A DNA stretch of 11,801 bases from Bdellovibrionota bacterium (GCA_044352465.1 JBILDU010000090.1:1-11801); one strand, 5' to 3'. Shown: positions 1 to 7,787, counted from the first letter of the stretch. The notes: generated from the letters alone by a model not told the origin. Program-made: numbers and translations.

Positions 1-189
1 ACGAATTGGAGTAGTCCACGTGAGATGCATCTCCTGGCTGAGGCTTACTATCATTCGGGGGATAAGATCTCCGCGCTCGTCGTTGCCAGTAAGGCGAAAC
101 AAGCGGGCACACGGTTGATGGGAACGTATCGTGACGTGCGAATGCTCGACGAGTTAATCGAGAGTCTCTCCGCCGGCACTCAGGCGTAG
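1..189 (+). CDS. 3' end of a gene running in from the left edge; helical, TPR-like C-terminus
   Basis: Frame 1 is open from base 1 to TAG at 187-189: TNWSSPREMHLLAEAYYHSGDKISALVVASKAKQAG...LSAGTQA*. The LAEAYYxxGDxxxAL pattern resembles a TPR helix pair. It is absent from the ORF track because the start lies outside the window. Confidence 0.7.
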   Translation, partial: TNWSSPREMHLLAEAYYHSGDKISALVVASKAKQAGTRLMGTYRDVRMLDELIESLSAGTQA

Positions 190-267
190 ACGCGATTTCC
201 CAGACCCCCGCATTCAGGAACACTCCAGGTCGCTGGCCGGTTCGTGTCCGGGTTCAAACGGGTGTCC

Positions 268-289
268 AAGGGGGCCCCTGCGCCCCCTT
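268..289. repeat. GC-rich palindrome (REP-like element or terminator-like hairpin)
   Basis: AAGGGGGC (268-275), 6-nt loop, GCCCCCTT (282-289): a perfect 8-bp stem about 80 nt after the upstream stop. No good U-tract. A similar element is at 8522-8542. Confidence 0.4.
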
Positions 290-513
290 CATCCTTAAAA
301 TCGCCCGGGAATCCCCATAAACCCAAACATTTTCGAAAATCTCTAGATGTGTTCAAATCTTAGGTGCTTTTGGAGACCTTTGTTTTGTGATAAACGCTAT
401 CTCAGAGTTGTTTGGTTCTTTATCTGGACCAGTTAAGAGGCCGCTAGGTGGCGAGATCAGACCCCGGGGTGTTACACTTAAGGGGTAGTTGCCGCACGTG
501 AAGGGGTTCTTAA

Positions 514-846
514 TTGGATAAAAACGTAGATGGGGTGAGAGATATCCTCCTGGGCTGGGCAACCCGCATTTTTGAGGAAGGTCGGGGGGAGGCGCCCGGT
601 TCGGTCCGCATCCAAACTGACTGTGGTGGGTGCTTCTTAGCTTTTGGGGAACCTCCCGTGATGGTTGAAGAGGGGGCGGCGGGGGGATCCTTACGCCGCG
701 CTGATTGTACCATCTCCATTTCGAGTGAAGATCTTCTTCAGCTCGGGGCGGGGACTCTTAACCCGCAAAATGCTTTTCTTGAGGGACGTGTACGCCTCTC
801 TGGGGACGGTGGTGTGGCTCTAAGGATGAGCCGTTTTTTTCTTTAA
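514..846 (+). CDS. SCP2 sterol/lipid-binding domain protein
   Basis: The C-terminal half ADCTISISSEDLLQLGAGTLNPQNAFLEGRVRLSGDGGVALRM matches the SCP2 signature (ADxTIxxxxxDxxxLxxGxLNPxxAFxxGKLKxxGD). TTG start with AAGGGG about 7 nt upstream; the start is somewhat uncertain. Confidence 0.85.
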   Translation: MDKNVDGVRDILLGWATRIFEEGRGEAPGSVRIQTDCGGCFLAFGEPPVMVEEGAAGGSLRRADCTISISSEDLLQLGAGTLNPQNAFLEGRVRLSGDGGVALRMSRFFL

Positions 847-859
847 CGTTGGGCGAGAG

Positions 860-1273
860 ATGAGCAACGAAGGTGCCGATAATCGATTACAGGGTAATCC
901 AACGATACTTGTGGTTGATGATGATGAGTTGATGCGGGAGGTCTGCTCCGTCATGGTGGCTGACGCAGGAGGTCAGTGCCTTCTCGCCGTTGATGGTGTC
1001 GACGGAGTCGAGCGCTTTGCCGAGGACCTCGATAAGATAAAATGTGTGGTCCTCGATTTCACGATGCCGCGACTGAACGGCTACGAAACCTTTTTGGGGA
1101 TGCAGAAAATGAAGCCCGATCTCCGAGCTGTGATGGTGTCAGGACTCAATCGGACCCCCGAGGTTGAGGAGTTGTGCCGTACGGGAGAGATAGTCTTCCT
1201 GCGCAAACCGTTTCGGGCAGACCAGCTTGTCGGCGCGATAAAACAGATAATCGGGCCGAAGAGTAGCCAATAA
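860..1273 (+). CDS. Single-domain response regulator (receiver only)
   Basis: ILVVDDD acid pocket, VVLDFTMP phosphoacceptor Asp, MVSG switch Ser and FLRKPF Lys-Pro. No output domain. Starts 13 nt after the SCP2 stop, so probably co-transcribed. Confidence 0.93.
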   Translation: MSNEGADNRLQGNPTILVVDDDELMREVCSVMVADAGGQCLLAVDGVDGVERFAEDLDKIKCVVLDFTMPRLNGYETFLGMQKMKPDLRAVMVSGLNRTPEVEELCRTGEIVFLRKPFRADQLVGAIKQIIGPKSSQ

Positions 1274-1315
1274 GCAAGATAATGATACTCAAACCGATCT
1301 TTGTTATTGGCAATC

Positions 1316-1334
1316 GACGCGCGAGAAGCGCGTC
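1316..1334. other. Intergenic hairpin, possible weak terminator or RNA-stabilising stem
   Basis: GACGCGC-GAGAA-GCGCGTC, a perfect 7-bp stem about 40 nt after the receiver stop. No U-tract follows on either strand. Confidence 0.3.
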
Positions 1335-1427
1335 AAACATACATCGATAGACCGTTCACAGGAAAGTAATGTCCCACCAGCATGTGGCGTTTGTTCCTCA
1401 CGGGCTAGAGTTGAGCGAGAGAAAGCT

Positions 1428-1880
1428 ATGACGCTCGATGAGCTCTACCAAGACCTGATTCTTGACCATCACCGTCATCCGCGTTGTCCTGAGCCGGTGG
1501 TTGATCCTTCGGCAGCGGAAACCGTTTTTAATCCCCTGTGCGGTGATCAGATTAATTTTGCGGTGAAAAGTGATGGGCAGAAGCTCACGGCTATCTCCTG
1601 CACCGGTCACGGGTGTGCTATCAGCCAGGCCTCGGGGTCCATGGCGGCTGATCTCTGTTGCGGCAAAACCCTGGCTGAAGTGCAGGAGTTGAATGCAGCT
1701 TTTCGTGCGCTCATGAAAGGGGAGCGAGAGGCGAGCGAGCTCCCGCTCCTGGGCGATGCGCTCGCTTTGGTGGGGGTGCGCCAGTTTCCCGCGCGAACGC
1801 GTTGCGCGATGATCGCCTGGGAGGCGCTCGAATTGTGCTTAAAAAAGCTTAGCTCCCAGGCTGATGAAGGGCGGTCCTAA
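1428..1880 (+). CDS. sufU: SUF-system NifU-family Fe-S assembly / sulfur-transfer protein (SufU type)
   Basis: LYQDLILDH..HPR, NPLCGD (C38/D40), GCAISQAS (C63) and FPARTRCA (C126). It has the long insertion between Cys2 and Cys3 and lacks the IscU LPPVK motif, which indicates SufU rather than IscU. Confidence 0.92.
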   Translation: MTLDELYQDLILDHHRHPRCPEPVVDPSAAETVFNPLCGDQINFAVKSDGQKLTAISCTGHGCAISQASGSMAADLCCGKTLAEVQELNAAFRALMKGEREASELPLLGDALALVGVRQFPARTRCAMIAWEALELCLKKLSSQADEGRS

Positions 1881-4800
1881 ACCGCGACCTGTCGGAGGTG
1901 GTTGAGTTCGTTGACTATCCATGCCACCAAATCCGGATAACGGAGCGGCTTTTCGAAGAAGTGAGCTACGCCCGACTCGAGCAGCTCCTGGGCTGCGGTG
2001 TCTTGAGCAAATCCGGACATAATCACCACGCGAGCGTTTGGGTCGATTCGCCGTAGTTCGTGAAAACACCGCCCTCCATCCATCTTTGGCATCTTCATGT
2101 CGAGGATGATCAGGTCGACGCTTCGCCACTCCCGGGCGTACCATTCAACCGCTTCGTTGGCATCGGAGAATCCTGTAACCGCAACTCCAACGTTGTACAG
2201 AAACTGCCGTGCCAGGTCGACCAGCTGAGGTTCGTCGTCGATGACGAGGACGTGGCCGCCGGTAGAGCGATTGAGCGGTAGCGGGCTGGCAGGTTCGGGC
2301 GTCAGCGCGGCTGCCTGGGTGTTTGCTTGGGGGAATATCAGGGTAAAGCAGGTCCCCACCTTGGGCGTTGATTCGACCTCGACCCAGCCGGAATGGTTCT
2401 GCATGATCCCGTAGACCGTGGAGAGCCCAAGGCCGGTGCCCTCCTTTTCGTCTTTCGTCGTAAAGAATGGATCGAAGATCTTGTCGATATGTTCGGATGG
2501 AATACCACATCCGTTATCTGAAACTGCGAGCGTGACGAAGAATCCGGGGTGGGCGCGTGGATTAAACCGCTCCGGCTGCAATACCTCCCGTCGACCAAAC
2601 GTAAAGGTAATTCTCCCAGGCCCATGAATCGCATGAACCGAGTTAATAATGAGATTCGTAATAACCTGCTGTAGTTGGGCGAGATCTCCCTGGATTGAGA
2701 GTATCTCGTCCTCCTCTTGAATATCGACCGCGATGTCCTTGTCGATGACCTTGGCGAGGAATTCCACGGTTGTGCGGACAATATCGCGGATGCGCAGGAC
2801 TTGGGGGTTGTATTTCCCCTGACGGGAAAATCCAAGGAGCTGCTGGATAAGCGAGCTTGCCCGCTCGCATCCCGTGAGCGCGATTTCCAGTGACGACTTT
2901 CCGCTCGGTGAGACATTGAGCCGCAGGAGATGCAGGTGACCTACGACCGCGGCGAGCGCGTTGTTCAGGTCGTGGGCGATTCCCGCAGCAAGCTTACCGA
3001 TCGCCTCCATCTTATGGGACTGCAGCAGTTGACGTTGGAGTACGTTCGCTTCATTCTCCGCTTGCTTTCTCTCGGTAATCTCTGAGGCTACGCATAAGAT
3101 GTAGGGAGTTTGTCCATCGGGGGAGAGAAGCGGGGTTTTGAGGGCTTGAAACCACCGCTCCTGGCCGGTCCGCGCATCGGTGATCCTCTCTTGAGGGACC
3201 ACGAGCGGTCCCGCTGTCCGGATGACCGTCGCGTTGTCCGAATCGTAGCGATTCAGGAGCTCCGGGTCGGTAACAAAGTCGCGATTGCGTTTCCCGATTA
3301 TCGCGTCCACCGGGAGACCCCAAATCTCCGCGAAAGCTTTGTTTGCGAGGGTGAAGCGACCGGCGTAGTCGCAGGCAAATATGAGGTTGGGGTTTGAGTC
3401 GATAAGCTGCCGATAGAACTCAGCCTGGGTGCGTAAACTTGCCTGAGCTCGACGTTCCGCGGTGATATCCTGGGCCAGCGCGATTACGTAATCAAGGGAG
3501 CGATCCGGTCGACGTACGGCTCCAACGACCAAGCGCGCATTCCATATATAGCCATCTTTGTGGATGAAGCGCTTATCGAGTTCATAGTTATCGATCTCCC
3601 CGCGGGCCATTCGCTCAAACCAGCCGAGATCATTGGCGCGATCGTCAGGGTGAGTGAGCTCGACCCAGGTAATTCGCGCGAGCTCCTCACGGGTGTAGCC
3701 GTGGAGATGGCACATGTAATCATTTACTTCGAGGAAATTCTTGGTTGGTGAGCTAATAGCGATGCCGATAACGGAGTTGTCGAAATAGTGACGCAGTCGC
3801 TCCTCACTGAGACGCAGCGCCTCGCGCACCTGTTTCCGTTCGGTGACGTCGATGAAGCTTCCGATCGAGCCGATAATCGCCCCCTCTGAGTCCCGCATCG
3901 GTGAAGCGTTCATCTCAACCCAGAGCAGGGTGCCGTCTTTCCGCTGAAGTTTTATCTCGTAGGACTCCGCGATACCCTCGAGCCGACGCGCGGTGCGCTC
4001 GCGGAGTAACGCCCGGGACTCCGCGGGCACAGCGAGCTTGGCGATATTTTCCCCTACCATCTCTGCTGCCGCGAAGCCGAGCAGCTCACAAGCCTTGGGA
4101 TTTACATGGAGGATCACATCTTCGCGGTCGCAGTAGACAATGCCATCATTGAGATTCTCGAGGAGGGAGCGAAAGCGGTGTTCCGATTCGATTAACGCTT
4201 GCTGATCGCGCCGTCGCCGTAGTGCGTTGACAAAGGTCTCACCAACGATCTTGAGTAACGAGACAACCTCGGTCGTCCACTGCCGCGGGTTCCGATAGGC
4301 CGCGAGGCCGAGAAGGCCCACCGATCGGCGTCCCTCAAAGAGCGGGGTAATAACGATAGAACGGACACCGTTGCGCGCGAGCAACTCACCGAACTCCTGG
4401 GCCTCGGGCGGGAGATCTCCCACGTCGAGGATTCGAACGGTCTCGCCTTGGAGCATCGCCTGAGCGAGCCAACGACCCGCGCTTGTTTCCGGGCTCGGAA
4501 TGAAGCGGCTCGCGCAGCGATCCTCTGCGGGGGACCACTCGTGGCTTAGGTGAGGGGAGGAGGTATTCTCGGGTGCAAGAAACAGAAAAGCGTGGTCGAT
4601 CGCCGCAAACCTTCCCAGAACGGCGAGTGCCTCGGTGATTCCGCGGTCGATCTCCTCGGGTGCGAGGTGAGTAAAGTTCGAAGAGATGATCGCGATGAGG
4701 CTTTCGTAGTTGGATCGCGTTGAGCGGACCTCTTCAAGCTGTTTCACCGTCCGAGCGTGATCGAGCGCCCGCTTGAAATCAATCGTAGCGATCTGCTCGA

Positions 4801-5122
4801 GTCGTAGGCATTCGAGCGCTCCTTGGTCGAGAATCCGCTCACGCACCGAGCGGTCGCTTGAGCCGGTGAGGGCAACGATGGGTCGGGTTATCTTCAGTCG
4901 GAGGCACTCGGTGAGGAGGCTGCCTCCACCGTTGTCGAGCCACAAAAAGTAGCCATCGTAGAGGTACTGCGAGAGAGCGCGGAGACTGGGGGAGCAGTCC
5001 GCCGGATCGTGTGATTCAAGCCAGTCGCACGAGTGCCCAAGCTCTGCCGTTTCGGATTTTAGGGCTCCGTAGAGCGAAGCGTCCCCACCGATCAGCAAAA
5101 ATCGGCCGGTCGTGTTACCCAT
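1877..5122 (-). CDS. Cytoplasmic hybrid sensor histidine kinase: pseudo-REC, GAF, 3 x PAS/PAC, HisKA, HATPase_c, REC (CckA-like core)
   Basis: H-box [15 protein letters not shown]-box [14 protein letters not shown]1 VSDNGCGI, F-box [10 protein letters not shown]2 GTGLGLS. C-terminal REC has IDDE, ILDMKMP, MSG and EKP. GAF segment SHEW...[10 protein letters not shown]...WTTEVVSLL. Three PAS repeats end in DVTERK, DITAER and EITERK. No obvious transmembrane helix. Confidence 0.96.
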   Translation of the reverse strand: MGNTTGRFLLIGGDASLYGALKSETAELGHSCDWLESHDPADCSPSLRALSQYLYDGYFLWLDNGGGSLLTECLRLKITRPIVALTGSSDRSVRERILDQGALECLRLEQIATIDFKRALDHARTVKQLEEVRSTRSNYESLIAIISSNFTHLAPEEIDRGITEALAVLGRFAAIDHAFLFLAPENTSSPHLSHEWSPAEDRCASRFIPSPETSAGRWLAQAMLQGETVRILDVGDLPPEAQEFGELLARNGVRSIVITPLFEGRRSVGLLGLAAYRNPRQWTTEVVSLLKIVGETFVNALRRRRDQQALIESEHRFRSLLENLNDGIVYCDREDVILHVNPKACELLGFAAAEMVGENIAKLAVPAESRALLRERTARRLEGIAESYEIKLQRKDGTLLWVEMNASPMRDSEGAIIGSIGSFIDVTERKQVREALRLSEERLRHYFDNSVIGIAISSPTKNFLEVNDYMCHLHGYTREELARITWVELTHPDDRANDLGWFERMARGEIDNYELDKRFIHKDGYIWNARLVVGAVRRPDRSLDYVIALAQDITAERRAQASLRTQAEFYRQLIDSNPNLIFACDYAGRFTLANKAFAEIWGLPVDAIIGKRNRDFVTDPELLNRYDSDNATVIRTAGPLVVPQERITDARTGQERWFQALKTPLLSPDGQTPYILCVASEITERKQAENEANVLQRQLLQSHKMEAIGKLAAGIAHDLNNALAAVVGHLHLLRLNVSPSGKSSLEIALTGCERASSLIQQLLGFSRQGKYNPQVLRIRDIVRTTVEFLAKVIDKDIAVDIQEEDEILSIQGDLAQLQQVITNLIINSVHAIHGPGRITFTFGRREVLQPERFNPRAHPGFFVTLAVSDNGCGIPSEHIDKIFDPFFTTKDEKEGTGLGLSTVYGIMQNHSGWVEVESTPKVGTCFTLIFPQANTQAAALTPEPASPLPLNRSTGGHVLVIDDEPQLVDLARQFLYNVGVAVTGFSDANEAVEWYAREWRSVDLIILDMKMPKMDGGRCFHELRRIDPNARVVIMSGFAQDTAAQELLESGVAHFFEKPLRYPDLVAWIVNELNHLRQVAV

Positions 5123-5747
5123 TCTTGAGCGCTCGCCAACACGCCTCAGCGATATCCGCGGAGACTACTCGAGGTGGGTCGGGATTATACCCGTCGAGCC
5201 AATCGCGCACGTATGCGAGGGGAATACCGAACATGATACTCCACAAAACGTTCGCCTTGATCGGGCGAATCTTACCCTCGCGGATGCCCGCCTTGATCGA
5301 CCGGGTGAGGGTCCGTCCCAGCCGATCGAATCCGATCATCGTGGGGTGTTTAATCATTCCGCTCATGAATTCGTTGTGGCGACACAGCCAGATGTAGCGG
5401 GAGAGTTGAAAATTAACCTCGGAGAACTCTAAGAACGAGCGGACCGTCGTCTTCACCAGCTTTTCGACATCGGTGGTATTGCCGACGGAGGCTTCGAGAG
5501 CACGCCGAAAAGCGGAGATCCCTTCGAGGTAGAGAGCGCTCGCCACTTCCTCTTTGTTCTTGAAGTTGTGGTAGATCGAGCCAACACTACACTTACTCTC
5601 ACGGCTCAGATCTGGGACGTTGGTATTGAAATACCCTTGCTCGACGAAGAGCTTCAGCGCAGCACCCAGGATCCGTTCGCGGGGACTGAAAGCTGAGATA
5701 TCCACCGCCTTTCCGTCGTGCTCTCGATTCTTTGGGTCGCTCTTCAT
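5115..5747 (-). CDS. TetR/AcrR family transcriptional regulator
   Basis: N-terminal HTH RERILGAALKLFVEQGY...SVGSIYHNFKNKEEV; 210 aa. Its stop overlaps the kinase start by 8 nt. Confidence 0.95.
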   Translation of the reverse strand: MKSDPKNREHDGKAVDISAFSPRERILGAALKLFVEQGYFNTNVPDLSRESKCSVGSIYHNFKNKEEVASALYLEGISAFRRALEASVGNTTDVEKLVKTTVRSFLEFSEVNFQLSRYIWLCRHNEFMSGMIKHPTMIGFDRLGRTLTRSIKAGIREGKIRPIKANVLWSIMFGIPLAYVRDWLDGYNPDPPRVVSADIAEACWRALKNG

Positions 5748-5755
5748 AACAGTAA

Positions 5756-5784
5756 GGTTTATCGGGCTCCGGATGAAAGGTCAA
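5756..5784 (-). promoter_or_regulatory. Candidate sigma70 promoter for tetR-kinase (near-leaderless)
   Basis: On the minus strand TTGACC (5784-5779), N17, TAAACC (5761-5756), then 8 nt to the tetR ATG. No Shine-Dalgarno at normal spacing. The -10 lacks the final conserved T. Confidence 0.4.
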
Positions 5785-5858
5785 CGCCCTGAGAATCATC
5801 GAGGGGGCGAAAGGCCATTATCTTCGGCATGTTAGCTGTGACTGTTTCTGTCGAATCC

Positions 5859-6938
5859 TCAGCCAAGATAGGGGTAGTCGGTGTAACCCTCGGCTCCACC
5901 GCCGTAAAATGTCTTCTCATCTGGGGTGTTCAAGGGAGCGTTGCGGTAAAATCGCTCCGGAAGATCGGGGTTCGCGATGAAAAGTTTCCCGAACGATACG
6001 GCATCGAACTCGCCTGCATTGAGTCCCGCTTCGGCGCTTTCGCGGGTATAACCCCAGTTTGCCACGATGACCCCGGGATAGAGAGGGCGAAAAAACTTCA
6101 CGGGCACACCGTGTCCCTGGGCGAGAACGCTTTGATCTGGGGCGAGAATATGGAGGTAGGCAAGTCCGAGTGGAGCAAGCGCTCGAACAAACCCACCGAA
6201 AGTCGTTTCCGGATCGGAGTCCGACATGTCGTTAAATGGGTTCGAGGGGGAAATTCGGACAGCGACGCGGTTCGCCCCGATCGCATCGATGACCGCTTGG
6301 ATAACCATGAGGGGGAAACGAATCCGATTTGCCACCCTTCCGCCGAATTCGTCGGTGCGTTTGTTCGAGCCGTCGCGGAGAAACTCATCGAGCAGATAGC
6401 CGTTTGCGGCGTGCACCTCAACTCCATCGAACCCTGCCACGAGTGCGTTCTTGGCGGCATTCACATAGTCAGAGACGATTCCGGGTAACTCCTCAACGGT
6501 CAGGGCCCGTGGTTCGGCGTGCGGTTTTGGTCCCTCTGGGGTGAAGGCGGTGCCTTGTGCCGCAATCGCTGAGGGGGCTACCGCCGGCACGTTGCCCACC
6601 TGCCATAGCGGGTGGGAGACCCGTCCACAGTGCCACAGTTGTAAAAAGATTCGACCGCCCCGAGCATGAACCGCACTCGTCACGTTGCGCCATCCGGCGA
6701 CCTGCTCGGCGGTATGAATTCCGGGGGTGGCGGGGTAGCCGATCCCCTGAGTCGAGATCTGACTGGCCTCGGCGATGATGAGCCCAGCCGACGCCCTTTG
6801 AGCGTAATAGGTCGCGTTGAGGTCAGTTGGCACATTTCCAGCGCCTGCTCGATTCCGGGTGAGAGGTGCCATAAAGACACGATTCGGTAGCTGCAGATCT
6901 CCAATTTTGATCGGGGTGAGGAGTTCGAGCGAAGTCAT
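5859..6938 (-). CDS. nemA: Old Yellow Enzyme family FMN-dependent alkene reductase (NemA/XenB-like)
   Basis: LPNRVFMAPLTR, YYAQRASAGLII, QLWHCGR, AGFDGVEVHAANGYLL (His/Asn/Tyr catalytic set), FIANPDL and TFYGGGAEGYTDYP. I moved the start to ATG 6938 (MTSLELL), which has GGAG upstream; this gives 359 aa, typical for the family. Confidence 0.95.
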   Translation of the reverse strand: MTSLELLTPIKIGDLQLPNRVFMAPLTRNRAGAGNVPTDLNATYYAQRASAGLIIAEASQISTQGIGYPATPGIHTAEQVAGWRNVTSAVHARGGRIFLQLWHCGRVSHPLWQVGNVPAVAPSAIAAQGTAFTPEGPKPHAEPRALTVEELPGIVSDYVNAAKNALVAGFDGVEVHAANGYLLDEFLRDGSNKRTDEFGGRVANRIRFPLMVIQAVIDAIGANRVAVRISPSNPFNDMSDSDPETTFGGFVRALAPLGLAYLHILAPDQSVLAQGHGVPVKFFRPLYPGVIVANWGYTRESAEAGLNAGEFDAVSFGKLFIANPDLPERFYRNAPLNTPDEKTFYGGGAEGYTDYPYLG

Positions 6939-6941
6939 GAG

Positions 6942-7088
6942 CGAGCACTCCGGATTAAACACGCTTCGTCCCGTTAATTTCGTGACGTAGGGGAAGGATA
7001 GCCCAGGTTTGGCTTCCATCCAAGGGATGCCGCTCAACAAACTATTTTCCGCTCCTCTGCAGGTTACGGAACCTTGCCCGAGTGCTCG
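6942..7088. repeat. Inverted repeat bracketing the LuxR-nemA intergenic region
   Basis: CGAGCACTC (6942-6950) and GAGTGCTCG (7080-7088) form a perfect 9-bp IR, extendable by 2 bp (GG 6952-6953 / CC 7078-7079) across a 1-nt bulge. Confidence 0.55.
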
Positions 7089-7089
7089 T

Positions 7090-7731
7090 TTAGACGGAGA
7101 TAACTCCGCACTGGATAGCGAGCTTCACAAGCTCAGCGTTCGTGCGGAGGTTAAGTTTTTTGAGGATGTTGCTTCGATGGGTATCGACTGTTCGGGTGCT
7201 GATATGCAGCATTTTGCCGATCTCTCGGTTGGGCATCCCGTCAGCAAGATGGCGCATAATTTCGACCTCACGTTTGGTGAGCACCGCAAGCGGATCGGTG
7301 TGCGGACTCTTCACCTCACCCTTATTGGTCATAAGTGAGTCGGTAATCGAGGGACTCAGATAGGTCTTTCCGTCGACGATCGCGGATATCGCAAATTCGA
7401 GCTCGTCGAGCGCCGCATGTTTGGGGAGAAATCCTTTGGCACCCGCTTTGAGGGCGGCGCGAACATTTTGTTCCCCTTCGTCTGCGGAGAGGATGAGCAC
7501 AGGTGGCGGGGTATTGCCGCTGTAGATTTCGGTGAGTGCTTTTATCCCGTCGAGGCGGGGCATCGAAACGTCCATGATGACCAGGTCAGGCTTGTGGGTT
7601 GAGAGCAGCTCTAAGAGCTGCGCCCCGTCAGAGGCTTGAGCGACGATGTTGTAGGGCCCCCGGCCGGCGAGTAACTCACACAAAGCTTGGCGCAGTACAA
7701 CATGGTCGTCGGCAACGATAAGATTAATCAT
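7090..7731 (-). CDS. NarL/FixJ family DNA-binding response regulator (REC + LuxR HTH)
   Basis: IVADDHVVLRQAL, VIMDVSMP, LILS and GFLPK in the receiver. LuxR HTH LTKREVEIMRHLADGMPNREIGKMLHISTRTVDTHRSNILKKL. Confidence 0.96.
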   Translation of the reverse strand: MINLIVADDHVVLRQALCELLAGRGPYNIVAQASDGAQLLELLSTHKPDLVIMDVSMPRLDGIKALTEIYSGNTPPPVLILSADEGEQNVRAALKAGAKGFLPKHAALDELEFAISAIVDGKTYLSPSITDSLMTNKGEVKSPHTDPLAVLTKREVEIMRHLADGMPNREIGKMLHISTRTVDTHRSNILKKLNLRTNAELVKLAIQCGVISV

Positions 7732-7765
7732 AACAAACCCCTGGATAGTACATCCAACCTACGGG

Positions 7766-7787
7766 CGAGCCTTCAACACGAGGCTCG
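7766..7787. other. Palindrome/hairpin upstream of the LuxR-type regulator
   Basis: CGAGCCT-N8-AGGCTCG, 7-bp perfect arms, about 35 nt upstream of the ATG on the minus strand. Function unknown. Confidence 0.3.

Noticed and set aside
190..262. tRNA-like fragment (CCGG-TTCGTGT-CCGG T-arm look-alike, nearby TTCA)
   Set aside because: The T-loop lacks the invariant A, and no acceptor, D or anticodon stems can be built.
875..882. Perfect sigma28 -10 element GCCGATAA
   Set aside because: It lies inside the receiver CDS and there is no TAAA-like -35 at 15-nt spacing.
1308..1322. GG-N10-GC spacing (TGGCAA...GCGC) upstream of sufU
   Set aside because: The -12 element lacks TTGC, so it is too weak to call a sigma54 promoter.
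1282..1350. 22-codon ORF MILKPIFVIGNRRARSASNIHR between the receiver gene and sufU
   Set aside because: No clear RBS or recognisable motif; the length is expected by chance.
1877..5122. LOV-type photoreceptor among the PAS domains
   Set aside because: No GxNCRFL motif; the third PAS reads GKRNRDFV without the Cys.
5787..5830. Glycine-riboswitch-like words (GCCGAAG ... CTCAGG on the minus strand)
   Set aside because: The 5' GGAGA element and supporting stems are missing, and the gene context does not fit.
5829..6488. 219-aa + strand ORF, and other long shadow ORFs (2338-2916, 7009-7338, 7935-8372, 9188-9601, 11008-11397)
   Set aside because: These are antisense or alternate-frame shadows of well-supported genes in GC-rich DNA, with no family motifs.
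6939..7040. 34-aa N-terminal extension of the OYE given by the ORF track
   Set aside because: Family similarity starts at MTSLELL (6938), which has a GGAG RBS; the extension overlaps the structured intergenic region.
6939..7089. FMN or TPP riboswitch upstream of the flavoenzyme
   Set aside because: None of the conserved FMN (AGGGC..GGTGAAATTCC, AGTC.GGATG) or TPP (CTGAGA, ACCTGA) motifs occur in the right order.
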